Counted from the whole stretch's first letter, positions 1 through 9,738 are shown. The stretch: 63,902 nucleotides of DNA, filler included, from Bradymonadales bacterium (GCA_007693605.1; 4 parts of 4 records of this genome joined end to end with filler, not necessarily neighbours in it); one strand, 5' to 3'. A program made the numbers and translations. Notes: generated from the letters alone by a model not told the origin.

Positions 1-12
1 TGAACCGGCCCT

Positions 13-50
13 AATCCCTAAGTGTTACCCGCTCCAGTCAAACGCCCGCA
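13..50. repeat. 38-bp repeat at contig start, also at 27302-27339
   Basis: AATCCCTAAGTGTTACCC[G/C]CTCCAGTCAAACGCCCGCA, one mismatch between the copies. Confidence 0.85.
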
Positions 51-942
51 CTTCAGTCTTCGATACTTAGAAGAAGAACGACTTTTCCATCCATTGGCCG
101 AACACGCCTTTGGTCAAATGAGTCAGGACACTTGGGGCTTGACGCTCGATGAAGCGATAGCTCGTGCCGGTGCTTATGTCGACCGAGACAGGAATTACGA
201 ACAGGTCGGGCAAGTTAGCCAAAGAGTCATTGAAGATGCAAGAGAGGTAGTTGCTGTGATCGCCGACGCCTCGCAAAAGATGGAATCCCTACGAGAGGCT
301 TTGGCTAATCTGCGGGACTTAAGAGATGAAACGGCTCGGCTTCGCCAGCAGCTTGTAAGAAGAACTGTACTTAACAACAAGCGAGGAGGGAAGGCTGGTC
401 ATAAGGACGATTTGGTGGCAAAACGCGCAATATTGTTAGTAATGAGAGCCGAAGACCGGGATGCCGCAAATTCTTTACACCAGATGTTAATGGAGGCCCT
501 TTTGGAGGAGCTTGCAAATAGTCCTGTCGCTGCCCTGAACGAAATCTTGCAGGGCCAACTCGAAGTCCTGCGTCAAGTTCAATGGCACGAGTCGGGGCAT
601 TTCTCGGACGAACTAAGAAATCGTGTGGCCTCTGCAGTTCAAGTGATAGAAGCCACCCTTACTTTAGCGGACCGTCCATCCGACCAAGTTCCTGAGAGAC
701 TGGCCGATCGTCAACGCTCATCAGATTTGATTGAATCTTTTCCGAGGCCAGATTTGATTGAATCTTTTCCGAGGGCAGAGGTTAGGTTTGAAAGGATGTT
801 TAATGACGCTTTTAACAGGAATTCCTCCGAAAAAGAAAATCTGCTGATTATACCCGACTTGAATAGCCGTGGAAGAATTCAAAATCTGATTAAGGATTTG
901 CTGGGCGACGGGCCAAAGCCGGATATGGATTGCAAGTACTAG
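22..942 (+). CDS. hypothetical helical protein, probably 5'-truncated
   Basis: 306-aa ORF starting inside the contig-start repeat; internal 27-bp tandem duplication (DLIESFPR x2, about 722-775). Confidence 0.5.
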   Translation: MLPAPVKRPHFSLRYLEEERLFHPLAEHAFGQMSQDTWGLTLDEAIARAGAYVDRDRNYEQVGQVSQRVIEDAREVVAVIADASQKMESLREALANLRDLRDETARLRQQLVRRTVLNNKRGGKAGHKDDLVAKRAILLVMRAEDRDAANSLHQMLMEALLEELANSPVAALNEILQGQLEVLRQVQWHESGHFSDELRNRVASAVQVIEATLTLADRPSDQVPERLADRQRSSDLIESFPRPDLIESFPRAEVRFERMFNDAFNRNSSEKENLLIIPDLNSRGRIQNLIKDLLGDGPKPDMDCKY

Positions 943-1117
943 ACGACTGCCCCAAAGATAGAGATGGGCCGCGTCTCCTCTCTGAAGGTCAAAGGCTGTG
1001 CCACGCTCTGTGAGGATCAGCTTGCGAGTGTTTTTCGTCGAGACGAGGAAGTCGACCCTGCACGCGCTGTTGGAGACCTTACTTAGAAACTAATGCTCTT
1101 CCCATTTTGCTTTCTGT

Positions 1118-1402
1118 CTATTTGAGCTTCGTATTGTTGAGACCTCTGCTCCTTCTCTCTTCTTCGAGCTTTTGGGCCAGCCACAGCTTGATCAAAGGCT
1201 GTCTCGAAACACCCACCCTTTCGGCCTCAAAATCAAGTTCAGAAATCAACCACTCGGGTAAATCTAGATTTATTTTCCTAATTTTAGGGCTTTCGACATG
1301 ACCATGTCTTTCAAACAGATATGCGAGATCGGTCTTATCGAGATAAGTGTCCATTTCTTTAGAAGTTTTGAATCTTGTTCCAGAAGACTTTCTTCTCGCC
1401 AT
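1118..1402 (-). CDS. CopG/BrnA-type antitoxin (RHH)
   Basis: KINLDLPEWLISELDFEAERVGVSRQPLIKLWL ribbon-helix-helix pattern; overlaps the toxin gene. Confidence 0.8.
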   Translation of the reverse strand: MARRKSSGTRFKTSKEMDTYLDKTDLAYLFERHGHVESPKIRKINLDLPEWLISELDFEAERVGVSRQPLIKLWLAQKLEEERRSRGLNNTKLK

Positions 1403-1643
1403 CTCGTGATCTCCTTACGCTAATCAAGCGCCTCTTATTCTTTCTCTTGGTCCAAATCGCTGTATAAAGCTCATTTGCCAAAAACCCTATCGTTGCTCCT
1501 CGTTCTTCGCCATCTTCAGACTTGGCTATTGAATCCACAGTGAGGTGAGGGCCGTTCCACAGCTGGATTGCTTCTTTGAAGGAAACCCCATGCTTTTTCT
1601 TGTTTGCATTTGACTTCTTGGGGTCCCATTCAAATTGAAGCAT
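1359..1643 (-). CDS. brnT: BrnT family ribonuclease toxin
   Basis: FEWDPKKSNANKKKHGVSF ... RLISVRR motifs. Confidence 0.9.
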   Translation of the reverse strand: MLQFEWDPKKSNANKKKHGVSFKEAIQLWNGPHLTVDSIAKSEDGEERGATIGFLANELYTAIWTKRKNKRRLISVRRSRDGEKKVFWNKIQNF

Positions 1644-1731
1644 TATATATTAACTATACTTTTTTAATACTACCATCAATCCTTGGTTTTGGAAATGGGG
1701 GAGGGCTTTTAGGGGCTAGCACGCCGGCAGG

Positions 1732-2288
1732 GCCCAGCTTTACGGTGAGCGAGTACCCGAGCGAACGAGAAGGCGAGCAGGGCGCAGCCTTCGAGAGCAA
1801 AGATGCCTATAGCACCGTCTATACCTGTGAGAAGCTAAGAAGCGAGGAAGAACTCGGAGAGGGAGGGATTCGAACCCAGCTTTACGGTGAGCGAGTACCC
1901 GAGCGAATGAAGCTTCGAGCAGTGCGCAGAAGCCCTCTCAGCACATCAGTTGCGAGAATTTTCTTACTCAGCGAGGCACCGACGACAGAGATCGAAGGAG
2001 CCTGGATGGCTTGGTACAGCTTGCGAGTATTTTTCGTCGAGACGAGGAAGTCGACGGTAGAGAGGAAGGAGTGTGGTTCGATGCCACATGACTGACGAAC
2101 GACGGAGACTGACGAAGTAATCGGCGAAAAAGACGAAGCAAGATGGCGGAGAGGGAGGGATTCGAACCCCAATTTACGGTGAGCGAGTACCCGAGCGAAT
2201 GAAGCTTCGAGCAGTGCGCAGAAGCTGAAAGTAAATTGGCCTATAGCACCATCTATACCTGTGAGAGACTAAGAAGCGTGGAAGAACT
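1732..2288 (-). repeat. tRNA-Ser(GGA)-linked repeat array
   Basis: tRNA 3'-end copies CGGAGAGGGAGGGATTCGAACCC at about 1856 and 2147; the 142-bp unit 2147-2288 matches units behind tRNA-Ser(GCT); 1934-2125 matches 10295-10483. Confidence 0.9.
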
Positions 2289-2375
2289 CGGAGAGGGAGG
2301 GATTCGAACCCTCGTAAGGTTTAACCCTTAACACGCTTTCCAAGCGTGCGGTTTCAACCACTCACCCACCTCTCC
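2289..2375 (-). tRNA. tRNA-Ser(GGA)
   Basis: GGAGAGG acceptor, CACGC-TT-GGA-AA-GCGTG anticodon arm, long variable arm, GTTCGAATC T-loop; CCA not encoded. Confidence 0.95.
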
Positions 2376-2380
2376 ATTTT

Positions 2381-4723
2381 TTATGATCCATCCTTGCTAG
2401 CTGAGCTTGGAGTCACTTGTCTATCTCCAGTTCCTCGAAACATCAAACTCGCCAGGGCGGGCAACAAAAAGACGGCCCCAAGCATATTCATTAAAAACAT
2501 AAAACTTAAGAGAAGGCCCATATCGGCCTGAAATTGAAGGTCCGAAAAAATCCAGGTGCTGACCCCTAAGCCCAGAGTGAGGCCAGTGATCAGGACGGCA
2601 TTGCCTGTGACCTGAAGAGTATGCACGAAGGCCTCTTGCAGATCGCCGCTTCTGTCAATGGCCGCCCGAAAGCGGCTGAAGATATAAATACCGTAGTCAA
2701 CACCAATTCCGACTCCTAGTGCAGCGACCGGAAGGGTCGAAACCTTAAGACCGATTCCTAAAAAATACATCAGGGCATAACACCAAATCGAAACCAAACA
2801 CAGGGGCAAGATGATACACAAACTCGCCCTAATCGATCTGAAGCTAACGACACAGAGAAGAAACACACTGGCATAAATCAAAAAGAGCATCAGAAACTGT
2901 GACTCACGCACGACTTCATTGGTGGCTGCCATGATTCCCATATTTCCGGTAGCGAGCCGGTAGTGCAAACGCCCCGAGCTCTCGATAGCCCCCAATCGCT
3001 CAATCTCGTCCACAATCTCTTCAATCGTCTCGGCACGGTGATCTCTTCCGAAAATCAAAACAGGCATGACGCTACAGTCTGCATTCAAAAGCCCACTTGA
3101 AGTCTCGACTCCGGCCACCGCCTGAGACAGCACTTGAGGGTCACGAGGCAAGACACGCCAGGCCGGATGACCCTCATTCCATCCGGCATTCACGCGTCTA
3201 GCCACCTGCGGCAGAGAAAAAGTCGACTGCACCGAAGGCAATTGAGAAATATTCCACTGAAAATCATCAATGGCCGACATCAACTCGAAGTCAATACAGG
3301 CGTCTGACTCTGCCTCGACGAGCACACTCAGAATATCTACCCCTACAGAAAAGTTTCGTGTGATAAACGACGAGTCTTGATTGTATCTCGATTCAGCTCT
3401 CAACTCGGGCACTCCCTCTTCGAGGTCTCCTATCTGCACACGGCTGGCGAATGGAAAAGTAAGCGCCCCAAGAAGGATGGCAATCACAACCGTTGGAAGA
3501 CCCCAGGATGGTTTTGCGAATTGAGAAAGAAGCTTCCAAAGCGGCCTCTTTAGTTCGGCTGATCGCTTTAGCCTCTTCGAGTAGTCTTCATCAAGACTCA
3601 AATAGCTCGCCAGTAGCGGAAGAATGATCAGATTTGAAAAGATAATGGCCGCCACACCGAGGCTCGCGGTAATGGCCAGCTCTTGAATCATCCGAATCTC
3701 AATGACCATGATGAGCAAAAAACCCAGACTGTCGCTCAAAAGCGCGATGCAGCCAGGAATCACGAGTTTTCGGAAGCTTCCTCGACAGGCGAGCTCCATC
3801 GATTTGCCTGAATAAATCTCTGAGCCAATTCCGTTCACCATTTGCACTCCATGCGAGACTCCAATGGCAAAAATCAGAAAGGGAACCAGTATAGACATTG
3901 GATCGAGGCCGTAGCCAAAGAGAGTGATCAAGCCCAGACACCAAACTACAGAAATGGACGAGCAGATCAGAGGAAGTGCTCCCAACTTCCACGATAGTGT
4001 AAAGTAAAAGACCAGGGCCGCTGTCAGAAAAAAGGAGATTAGAAAAAAAACCAAAACTCCCGCCGCCCCTTCTGCAACATCCCCTACAGCCTTTACAAAG
4101 CCAATGATATGCACTGCTTGTTCTTCGTTTTCAAAGCGAGATCGAAGATCCTCTAACTGCTTCGCAACCGAGAGATAATCAATTCTCTCTCTTGTCTGTG
4201 GATTGATTTCCACAAGCTCTGCCGAGATTAAGGCCGATCGAAAGTCATGTGAGATCAATCGTCCCACAAGATCGGCTTTTAAGACATTCTCTCGAACTTC
4301 TGAGATCGCCTCCTCTGAAAAATCAAAGTCCGCTGGCACAACATTGCCGCCAGCAAAGCCCCCATCGACCACCTCAATAAAGCGCACATTGGGTGTAAAG
4401 ATAGAAGTGAGATTGGAGCGATTAATGCCCGGCAGAAAAAAGACTTCGTCTGTGAGGGCCTTTAACTGTCGAAGCCGATCCTCTTGAAAGACGCTCCCGT
4501 CTCGGGCCTGAACCGCGATGAGAATTCGATCTCCTCCGCCAAACTCTTCTTGATAGTCTAAATAAGTCTGAACAAAGGGGTGATTCATCGGGAGTTGCTT
4601 TTCAAAGCCTGCATCCACTCGCAACTGAAGAGCTAGCCACGCCATGACCAGGGTCAAAAGAGCAAAGCCCGACAGAACAAAAGCTCTCTTGCTAAAAATG
4701 AAATTCTCTAAATGGGGGATCAC
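2381..4723 (-). CDS. RND/MMPL family transporter
   Basis: two repeats of TM + periplasmic loop + 5 TM; GIGVDYGIY motif. Confidence 0.9.
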   Translation of the reverse strand: MIPHLENFIFSKRAFVLSGFALLTLVMAWLALQLRVDAGFEKQLPMNHPFVQTYLDYQEEFGGGDRILIAVQARDGSVFQEDRLRQLKALTDEVFFLPGINRSNLTSIFTPNVRFIEVVDGGFAGGNVVPADFDFSEEAISEVRENVLKADLVGRLISHDFRSALISAELVEINPQTRERIDYLSVAKQLEDLRSRFENEEQAVHIIGFVKAVGDVAEGAAGVLVFFLISFFLTAALVFYFTLSWKLGALPLICSSISVVWCLGLITLFGYGLDPMSILVPFLIFAIGVSHGVQMVNGIGSEIYSGKSMELACRGSFRKLVIPGCIALLSDSLGFLLIMVIEIRMIQELAITASLGVAAIIFSNLIILPLLASYLSLDEDYSKRLKRSAELKRPLWKLLSQFAKPSWGLPTVVIAILLGALTFPFASRVQIGDLEEGVPELRAESRYNQDSSFITRNFSVGVDILSVLVEAESDACIDFELMSAIDDFQWNISQLPSVQSTFSLPQVARRVNAGWNEGHPAWRVLPRDPQVLSQAVAGVETSSGLLNADCSVMPVLIFGRDHRAETIEEIVDEIERLGAIESSGRLHYRLATGNMGIMAATNEVVRESQFLMLFLIYASVFLLCVVSFRSIRASLCIILPLCLVSIWCYALMYFLGIGLKVSTLPVAALGVGIGVDYGIYIFSRFRAAIDRSGDLQEAFVHTLQVTGNAVLITGLTLGLGVSTWIFSDLQFQADMGLLLSFMFLMNMLGAVFLLPALASLMFRGTGDRQVTPSSASKDGS

Positions 4724-5706
4724 CGTGACTCCTTAGAAATTTCTATCTTGCTGACTCGATCCCCCAACAGAAGAAAGCTGCCTTCATCAAGCGCCAAGAC
4801 GGAGCTGATATTTTGCCGACTCGATAGGTCTAAAATTGCAGAAGAAACGAAATCTCTTGTCACACGCCTTAAAAAACCATTGGCTCCAAAGAGAAGAAGG
4901 TCGTCGGGCCCCAAAACCTTTGCGCCGTAAATCGATCGAGAGTCTTCTAGAGAACGATCTTCCCAAGTACGGCCCCCATCCATCGAAGAAAACAGGCTTC
5001 CCTGCAGGCCGGTGGCTACCAACATTCCATCCCACTCTAGGACGGAAAACAAACTGCCGGAGTAGTCTCTTATCTGAAACTCAAAGAGATTCTCGCCATT
5101 GAGCTTCCAGACAAAGCCACTTCCAAACTCCCCAACACCCACGAGTTCATCTTCCAGCACCAAAGCATCGTACCAGTGGCCCTCTTCTTGAAGCCCTAAG
5201 TCGAGAGTTGTCCAGCTCTCGCCCTCGTCCTGACTCAAGAGAAGCTGACCGTAAGCCCCAAGCGCGAGAAGTCTTTCGGAATCTAAACGCAAGAAGTGAA
5301 ACAGTGGCAGATCTTCGCCCATCTGTTCATGCACAATCCGCCAGTTCTGACCAGAGTCTGTGGACTTCAAGATTTTAGATTCATGCCCATAAATGAAAAG
5401 CTGATCGGCCTGATCTCTGAAAATCCCTGTCATCAGAACCGAGCTTGGAACTTGAATCTTCGTCCAAGTTTCCCCAAGCTCTTCTGATTCAAAAAGAAAG
5501 CCTCTCTCTCCGGTTAGAATAATTCGGCTGTTATCGAAAAAGATCCCCTGCAGGCTCGGCACCTGGCGCAAAGGCAGTCGACCAGAGAGCTGCTGTAGAT
5601 TTTGACTCCATAAAGTATGGCCCACCAAGCCTGCGGCAACGATAAGAAAAAGAACGGAGAAACGCGACTTAGCGTCTGCCCGCTTGTCGAAGCGCGCCTT
5701 GAGCAA
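4720..5706 (-). CDS. YCF48/BNR-repeat beta-propeller protein
   Basis: repeated S-x-D-x-G-x-[ST]-W (Asp-box) motifs; operon position. Confidence 0.85.
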   Translation of the reverse strand: MLKARFDKRADAKSRFSVLFLIVAAGLVGHTLWSQNLQQLSGRLPLRQVPSLQGIFFDNSRIILTGERGFLFESEELGETWTKIQVPSSVLMTGIFRDQADQLFIYGHESKILKSTDSGQNWRIVHEQMGEDLPLFHFLRLDSERLLALGAYGQLLLSQDEGESWTTLDLGLQEEGHWYDALVLEDELVGVGEFGSGFVWKLNGENLFEFQIRDYSGSLFSVLEWDGMLVATGLQGSLFSSMDGGRTWEDRSLEDSRSIYGAKVLGPDDLLLFGANGFLRRVTRDFVSSAILDLSSRQNISSVLALDEGSFLLLGDRVSKIEISKESR

Positions 5707-7090
5707 AATCAGCCTCTCTAAAATCTAGGTTAAACCGAACCACCTGAGTTTGATTATTGATGCCAAAAGCCAGATAACGCCCGTTCTGCAAATCATAGTG
5801 AGCATGCACCGTGTCCCAAATCAAAGGAATCTCATAGTAGTTGATGGGGTAAGCTTCTGAAACCCTCCAGATCTGATCTCGATTGTCGTACTGATCGACC
5901 AAAAGAATCTGCCAACTATCCTCATCAAGATAGAAAGTTCTTCTCTTGTAGATATGACTTGTGCCGGGCTTCAGTGTGGCATCGACCACCCAAACTCTTC
6001 GAAGTTCATAACGCAAATGCTCCGGATTCAGATGCCCCGCCTTCACAACATCAGAAACCTGAAGCGAGTTTTGGTTCAGTCGATAGCTATTGTAGGGCAG
6101 ATACATTTCTCTTTTGCCCACCAAATTCCAATGGTACCTCTCGGGCGAGCCATTAAACATATCGAGTTGATCGCTCGTTCTCTGTCCGTCAGACGCCGTT
6201 CCCGGATTGTCAAAAGCAACATTCGGGGCTCTTCGCACTCGTCTTTGGCCGGGATTATAAGTCCAAGCGTTTCGTGGCTCCCTCTGTTGATTGAGGGTCT
6301 CGTGCACCAACAGGATAGTGCCTGCCAAACGAGCGGGGGCCTTCACTTCTTGCAAGAAATAGGCAAAGCGATTGTTAATGCTTTCAATGGTCGCTCCTGG
6401 TTGAGCATAGGCATTCAGCAGTTTCTCTTCGATCAAGACCTCGCTGTACTGGCCCGAAGCCGTCGGAGCCACTTGAACCACCAATCGCTCGCTACTCTTT
6501 CCGCGATAGCGCAAGAGATGATTCCAGATGGCCTCTAGACCAGTCTTCGGAATTGGAAAAGGCGAAGTCATTTGAGCACCCAAAACCCCGTTGCCGTCTG
6601 GAGTGAGTTCGGCGCTGCGAGCGTTTCTCTTCAGAGCCTCGTAGACCTCTTTGGGATAAGAGGCCGAACGACGAGTTGGATACACATTCAGAAACCAAGT
6701 CTCTGGGTATCTTTGCAACATGGCGATTTGCCCAGGAGACAGCCTCTGAGTGTGCTCTCCTAGATTTTCTGCATTGATTCGATAAAGAACCTGATCAGAA
6801 GCAAAGGGATCAATATGATAATTGCCCGCTTGAAAGCCCTGAGGGGTCTGAGTGATTCCTCCCGTCCAGGCGGGGATTCTGCCCCCAGCCCCTCCGGCCC
6901 TCTCCGCCCCCATTGGTGTGAGACTGCTTTCGAGTTTCTTCGCTTCTTCTTCACTCACTTTCGCAAGAGTCAGCGAATCAAAACCGAAGCCCCAAGAAAG
7001 AAGGACGATACTGCCGACACTTGACACTAAAAATCGAAACGCTCCATTCAACATCTTTATCTCCTCTCGAATCCCGAATCTCGCTCGCAC
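5669..7090 (-). CDS. DUF1329 family periplasmic protein
   Basis: LTPMGAERAG...IPAWTGG, WTYNPGQRRVRRAP, YLDEDSWQI motifs; true start probably about 36 nt inside. Confidence 0.9.
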   Translation of the reverse strand: MRARFGIREEIKMLNGAFRFLVSSVGSIVLLSWGFGFDSLTLAKVSEEEAKKLESSLTPMGAERAGGAGGRIPAWTGGITQTPQGFQAGNYHIDPFASDQVLYRINAENLGEHTQRLSPGQIAMLQRYPETWFLNVYPTRRSASYPKEVYEALKRNARSAELTPDGNGVLGAQMTSPFPIPKTGLEAIWNHLLRYRGKSSERLVVQVAPTASGQYSEVLIEEKLLNAYAQPGATIESINNRFAYFLQEVKAPARLAGTILLVHETLNQQREPRNAWTYNPGQRRVRRAPNVAFDNPGTASDGQRTSDQLDMFNGSPERYHWNLVGKREMYLPYNSYRLNQNSLQVSDVVKAGHLNPEHLRYELRRVWVVDATLKPGTSHIYKRRTFYLDEDSWQILLVDQYDNRDQIWRVSEAYPINYYEIPLIWDTVHAHYDLQNGRYLAFGINNQTQVVRFNLDFREADFAQGALRQAGRR

Positions 7091-7100
7091 CAGAGCCCCA

Positions 7101-8981
7101 CTAGAAACTCACACTGGCCGTCAGAGACACAAAGTCTCTATCGTTTAGCAAGTTAAAGTGAGAGGCTCCAAAATAGTTGGTATAAGAAAGCTCTGCTCGA
7201 TATTTATTCAAATAAGTGGCCGCAAGAGCGGTGGTTAGAGTCATTCTTCCTTGAATGAAATTCAACAAAGGCGCGGGCGTTGTTCCCTTAAAATCATGAC
7301 TAAAGGCCAGGCTTGGAATCAACGAGACTGCACCAATCGCATTATCAAAACGACCGCTCGTCAACAGGCGATAGCCCATCGAGAAACGGCTCGGAAAGCC
7401 TCGATCCTGAGTGGCGGGCTGAACCCCTGCGCCGGTAAATGCGGGGTTTCCGCTCGTATAAGTACCTGGCGCCTCATAACGCAAGTCTTCTTGAGATTCC
7501 ATTCCCAAAATCTGAGTCATCCCCAACTCCCCAAGAATGACAAAATCACTCATTCCAAAAATCGGCCCAAAAAGCTTGGTGCCCGTCACCTGAGCCTGAA
7601 TCATATCCTTTCGGCGGACACCTGAGATCTCTTCATTAGGCCCGGCAGCGGAGTCGACGGCCTGACTAATCGCAAGGCTCGGAATGGACGCGCTCAAAGC
7701 TCCAAAAAGAAGCTCGACATCATCCACTTGCAGAGGCTGGCGCTTTCGGTAAACAAACTCACCTTGAAGGGCCATATCCAACCAGTTCACTTGGGTATTG
7801 AAACTAAAGCCAAAGCTGTGAATATGCTTCGGATAATCTCGGAAGTATCGAGAGCTGTTCACAAGAGCCCCGGTTCTAATGCTGGCAATAGAGTTGGGAG
7901 CTGCGGCGGGAGCCCCAGGGTCAGCTCCCAGCGCAATGGCTTCGGCATCACTCAAGACTAGACCCGTCTGAGCCGAAATGATCGGAAGCCTTGAATGCAG
8001 ATTCGTATAATAAAAACCAAACTCAGTGTCGTTCAAGGCGGGCTCAAAATATCGAAACGCAAAACCAAACTGCCCATGTCCCGACGGGCTTTCGTCTTGG
8101 AAGGCCGAATTGGGATCGCTCGCATCTCGGCGTCGTCGCTGAACAAAAGTTCTCACGGTGGGCTCAATATCCGTGGCCCCACCAAAGCCCAACATCACAC
8201 GGTCTGCGCCAGGCCCCGCAATATCACTGGTTGAAAAATAAGTCCCCACGGGCTCAATCTCGGTAGGCTGCCAAGCGAACTGATAAAAGCCCTCCAAAGA
8301 AAATTTCGGATTGATCACAAAAGACGCATGAAAACTTGGAACGGGCACAAAGGCCTCTCTCAATTCAGCTCCTGCCACTCTCAGTTTTGACACATCCACC
8401 GGATTGATCGTATTGATTCCGTTCTGAATAAATGTGCTCTCTCCCCAGTTGATCACCATGCTCCCTAAACGAAGGGTGAGGGGTCGATCAAACAGACGGA
8501 AATCCCCAATGAAATAGGCATCTAAGAGCCTCAAATCAATTCCCGATCGATCTTCGGCCTCTCTTGATAGCTCCGTTCGCCGAGTGGAAAGGTCCATCAC
8601 GGCCCAGTCGTAGAGATAGGTTGATCGCATGAAGAGGCCAATGTTTTCTCGCCGAAGATCCAGCTCTTGAGTAATCCGTTTATTCAGTGAAAAAATATCC
8701 CACTGATCGTAGTTGAGATTTCCGTCATCGGTGTTTGCTGAATTCGCAACCCCGCCCGACACCCGCGCGATATGCTTTTCATCTCGATCGGAAACCCGAA
8801 TCCCAAGCCCAAGGGAGAGTGTTGTGTCTAAACTTCCTTCAATTCCGTAGTCTCCAAAGTCGAGTTGAATGGCACTGACCGACCATGACCAACTCACCCC
8901 CAGGATCGCAACGACTAGAACAAGAGCCCGAAGCATAGACACCTCCCAACAAGTTAACAAAAAGAACAGGCACATTCTCAC
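7101..8981 (-). CDS. DUF1302 family outer-membrane protein
   Basis: NTDDGNLNY, WGESTFIQNGINTINPVD, C-terminal DRDFVSLTASVSF. Confidence 0.9.
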   Translation of the reverse strand: MRMCLFFLLTCWEVSMLRALVLVVAILGVSWSWSVSAIQLDFGDYGIEGSLDTTLSLGLGIRVSDRDEKHIARVSGGVANSANTDDGNLNYDQWDIFSLNKRITQELDLRRENIGLFMRSTYLYDWAVMDLSTRRTELSREAEDRSGIDLRLLDAYFIGDFRLFDRPLTLRLGSMVINWGESTFIQNGINTINPVDVSKLRVAGAELREAFVPVPSFHASFVINPKFSLEGFYQFAWQPTEIEPVGTYFSTSDIAGPGADRVMLGFGGATDIEPTVRTFVQRRRRDASDPNSAFQDESPSGHGQFGFAFRYFEPALNDTEFGFYYTNLHSRLPIISAQTGLVLSDAEAIALGADPGAPAAAPNSIASIRTGALVNSSRYFRDYPKHIHSFGFSFNTQVNWLDMALQGEFVYRKRQPLQVDDVELLFGALSASIPSLAISQAVDSAAGPNEEISGVRRKDMIQAQVTGTKLFGPIFGMSDFVILGELGMTQILGMESQEDLRYEAPGTYTSGNPAFTGAGVQPATQDRGFPSRFSMGYRLLTSGRFDNAIGAVSLIPSLAFSHDFKGTTPAPLLNFIQGRMTLTTALAATYLNKYRAELSYTNYFGASHFNLLNDRDFVSLTASVSF

Positions 8982-9018
8982 GAGCTTATTCGAGAATGTC
9001 CATTGAGAATTTTAAGAC

Positions 9019-9738
9019 TCACCCAGCAAAAGAAAAACGAGAGGGAGAGCCAAGCCACCGAGAGCTGACCAAGAGATTTTCTACCCTTCGCCGTCTCTTC
9101 TCTCGGCTCAAAAGGGGACTTCGAATCAAATGCTGCACAAAATAGAACTCAGACTTGCCGAATCGCGACTGAACTTGATGCGCCTCTGAGTCCACAAACT
9201 CTTGTACGGAAGGGCTCTGTCGAAAAGAGGCCTCCATTTGCAGAAACAACTTCTCTTGGGCAGCCACTTCTCTACGAAACAGAGTCATCCAGTCGAGAAC
9301 CAAAAGGTCAAACAGAGAGCCAGAGTAGGCCTCCAGAAACTGAAAGTTCCGAAAAACCTGGGTGTAATCTCGTGAAAAAATCTCTAAGGCTTCATTCCCC
9401 TCAATATGTCGAAGTACGGCGGAACAAGGTTGCAACTGATGCTTAGAGAGATAGGCCCACAGAAATCTCTTACTGTCCCAAGGGTCCTGCCCTCTTTGAC
9501 GGAGGGTTTTCAAAACTTCAAAATAAGTTTGAAAGCTCCGAAGAATTCTTCGCTGGTCTTGAATTCGCAACCGACAAAAAACTTGATGAGCATAGTCACT
9601 CGCCCGAGATTTGATTTGTAGTCCGCAATCTTCCGCCCAGACCACAAAGGAGTCTATCTGCTCTCGCAACCGTCGCCCCGCCAAAGGCAGAGGGCGCTGG
9701 ACTCCCACTCGAACTTGTAACAGCCGTCGATCTTTCAT
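9019..9738 (-). CDS. hypothetical protein
   Basis: 239-aa ORF co-oriented with the uptake operon. Confidence 0.6.
   Translation of the reverse strand: MKDRRLLQVRVGVQRPLPLAGRRLREQIDSFVVWAEDCGLQIKSRASDYAHQVFCRLRIQDQRRILRSFQTYFEVLKTLRQRGQDPWDSKRFLWAYLSKHQLQPCSAVLRHIEGNEALEIFSRDYTQVFRNFQFLEAYSGSLFDLLVLDWMTLFRREVAAQEKLFLQMEASFRQSPSVQEFVDSEAHQVQSRFGKSEFYFVQHLIRSPLLSREKRRRRVENLLVSSRWLGSPSRFSFAG

Noticed and set aside
921..1013. Alternative frame ending ...QRLCHAL* that could extend ORF 22-942 by a frameshift and add a CxxL tail
   Set aside because: No homologue or read evidence is available; it could be chance.
1604..2172. ORFs 1604-2095 and 1882-2172 (also 10435-10713, 26934-27125, 26990-27241)
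   Set aside because: Translations of tRNA and repeat DNA, without RBS or protein-like features.
2381..8981. DUF1302-DUF1329-YCF48-RND operon as a novel system
   Set aside because: A widespread, previously noted gene cluster linked to uptake of hydrophobic compounds; nothing unusual here.
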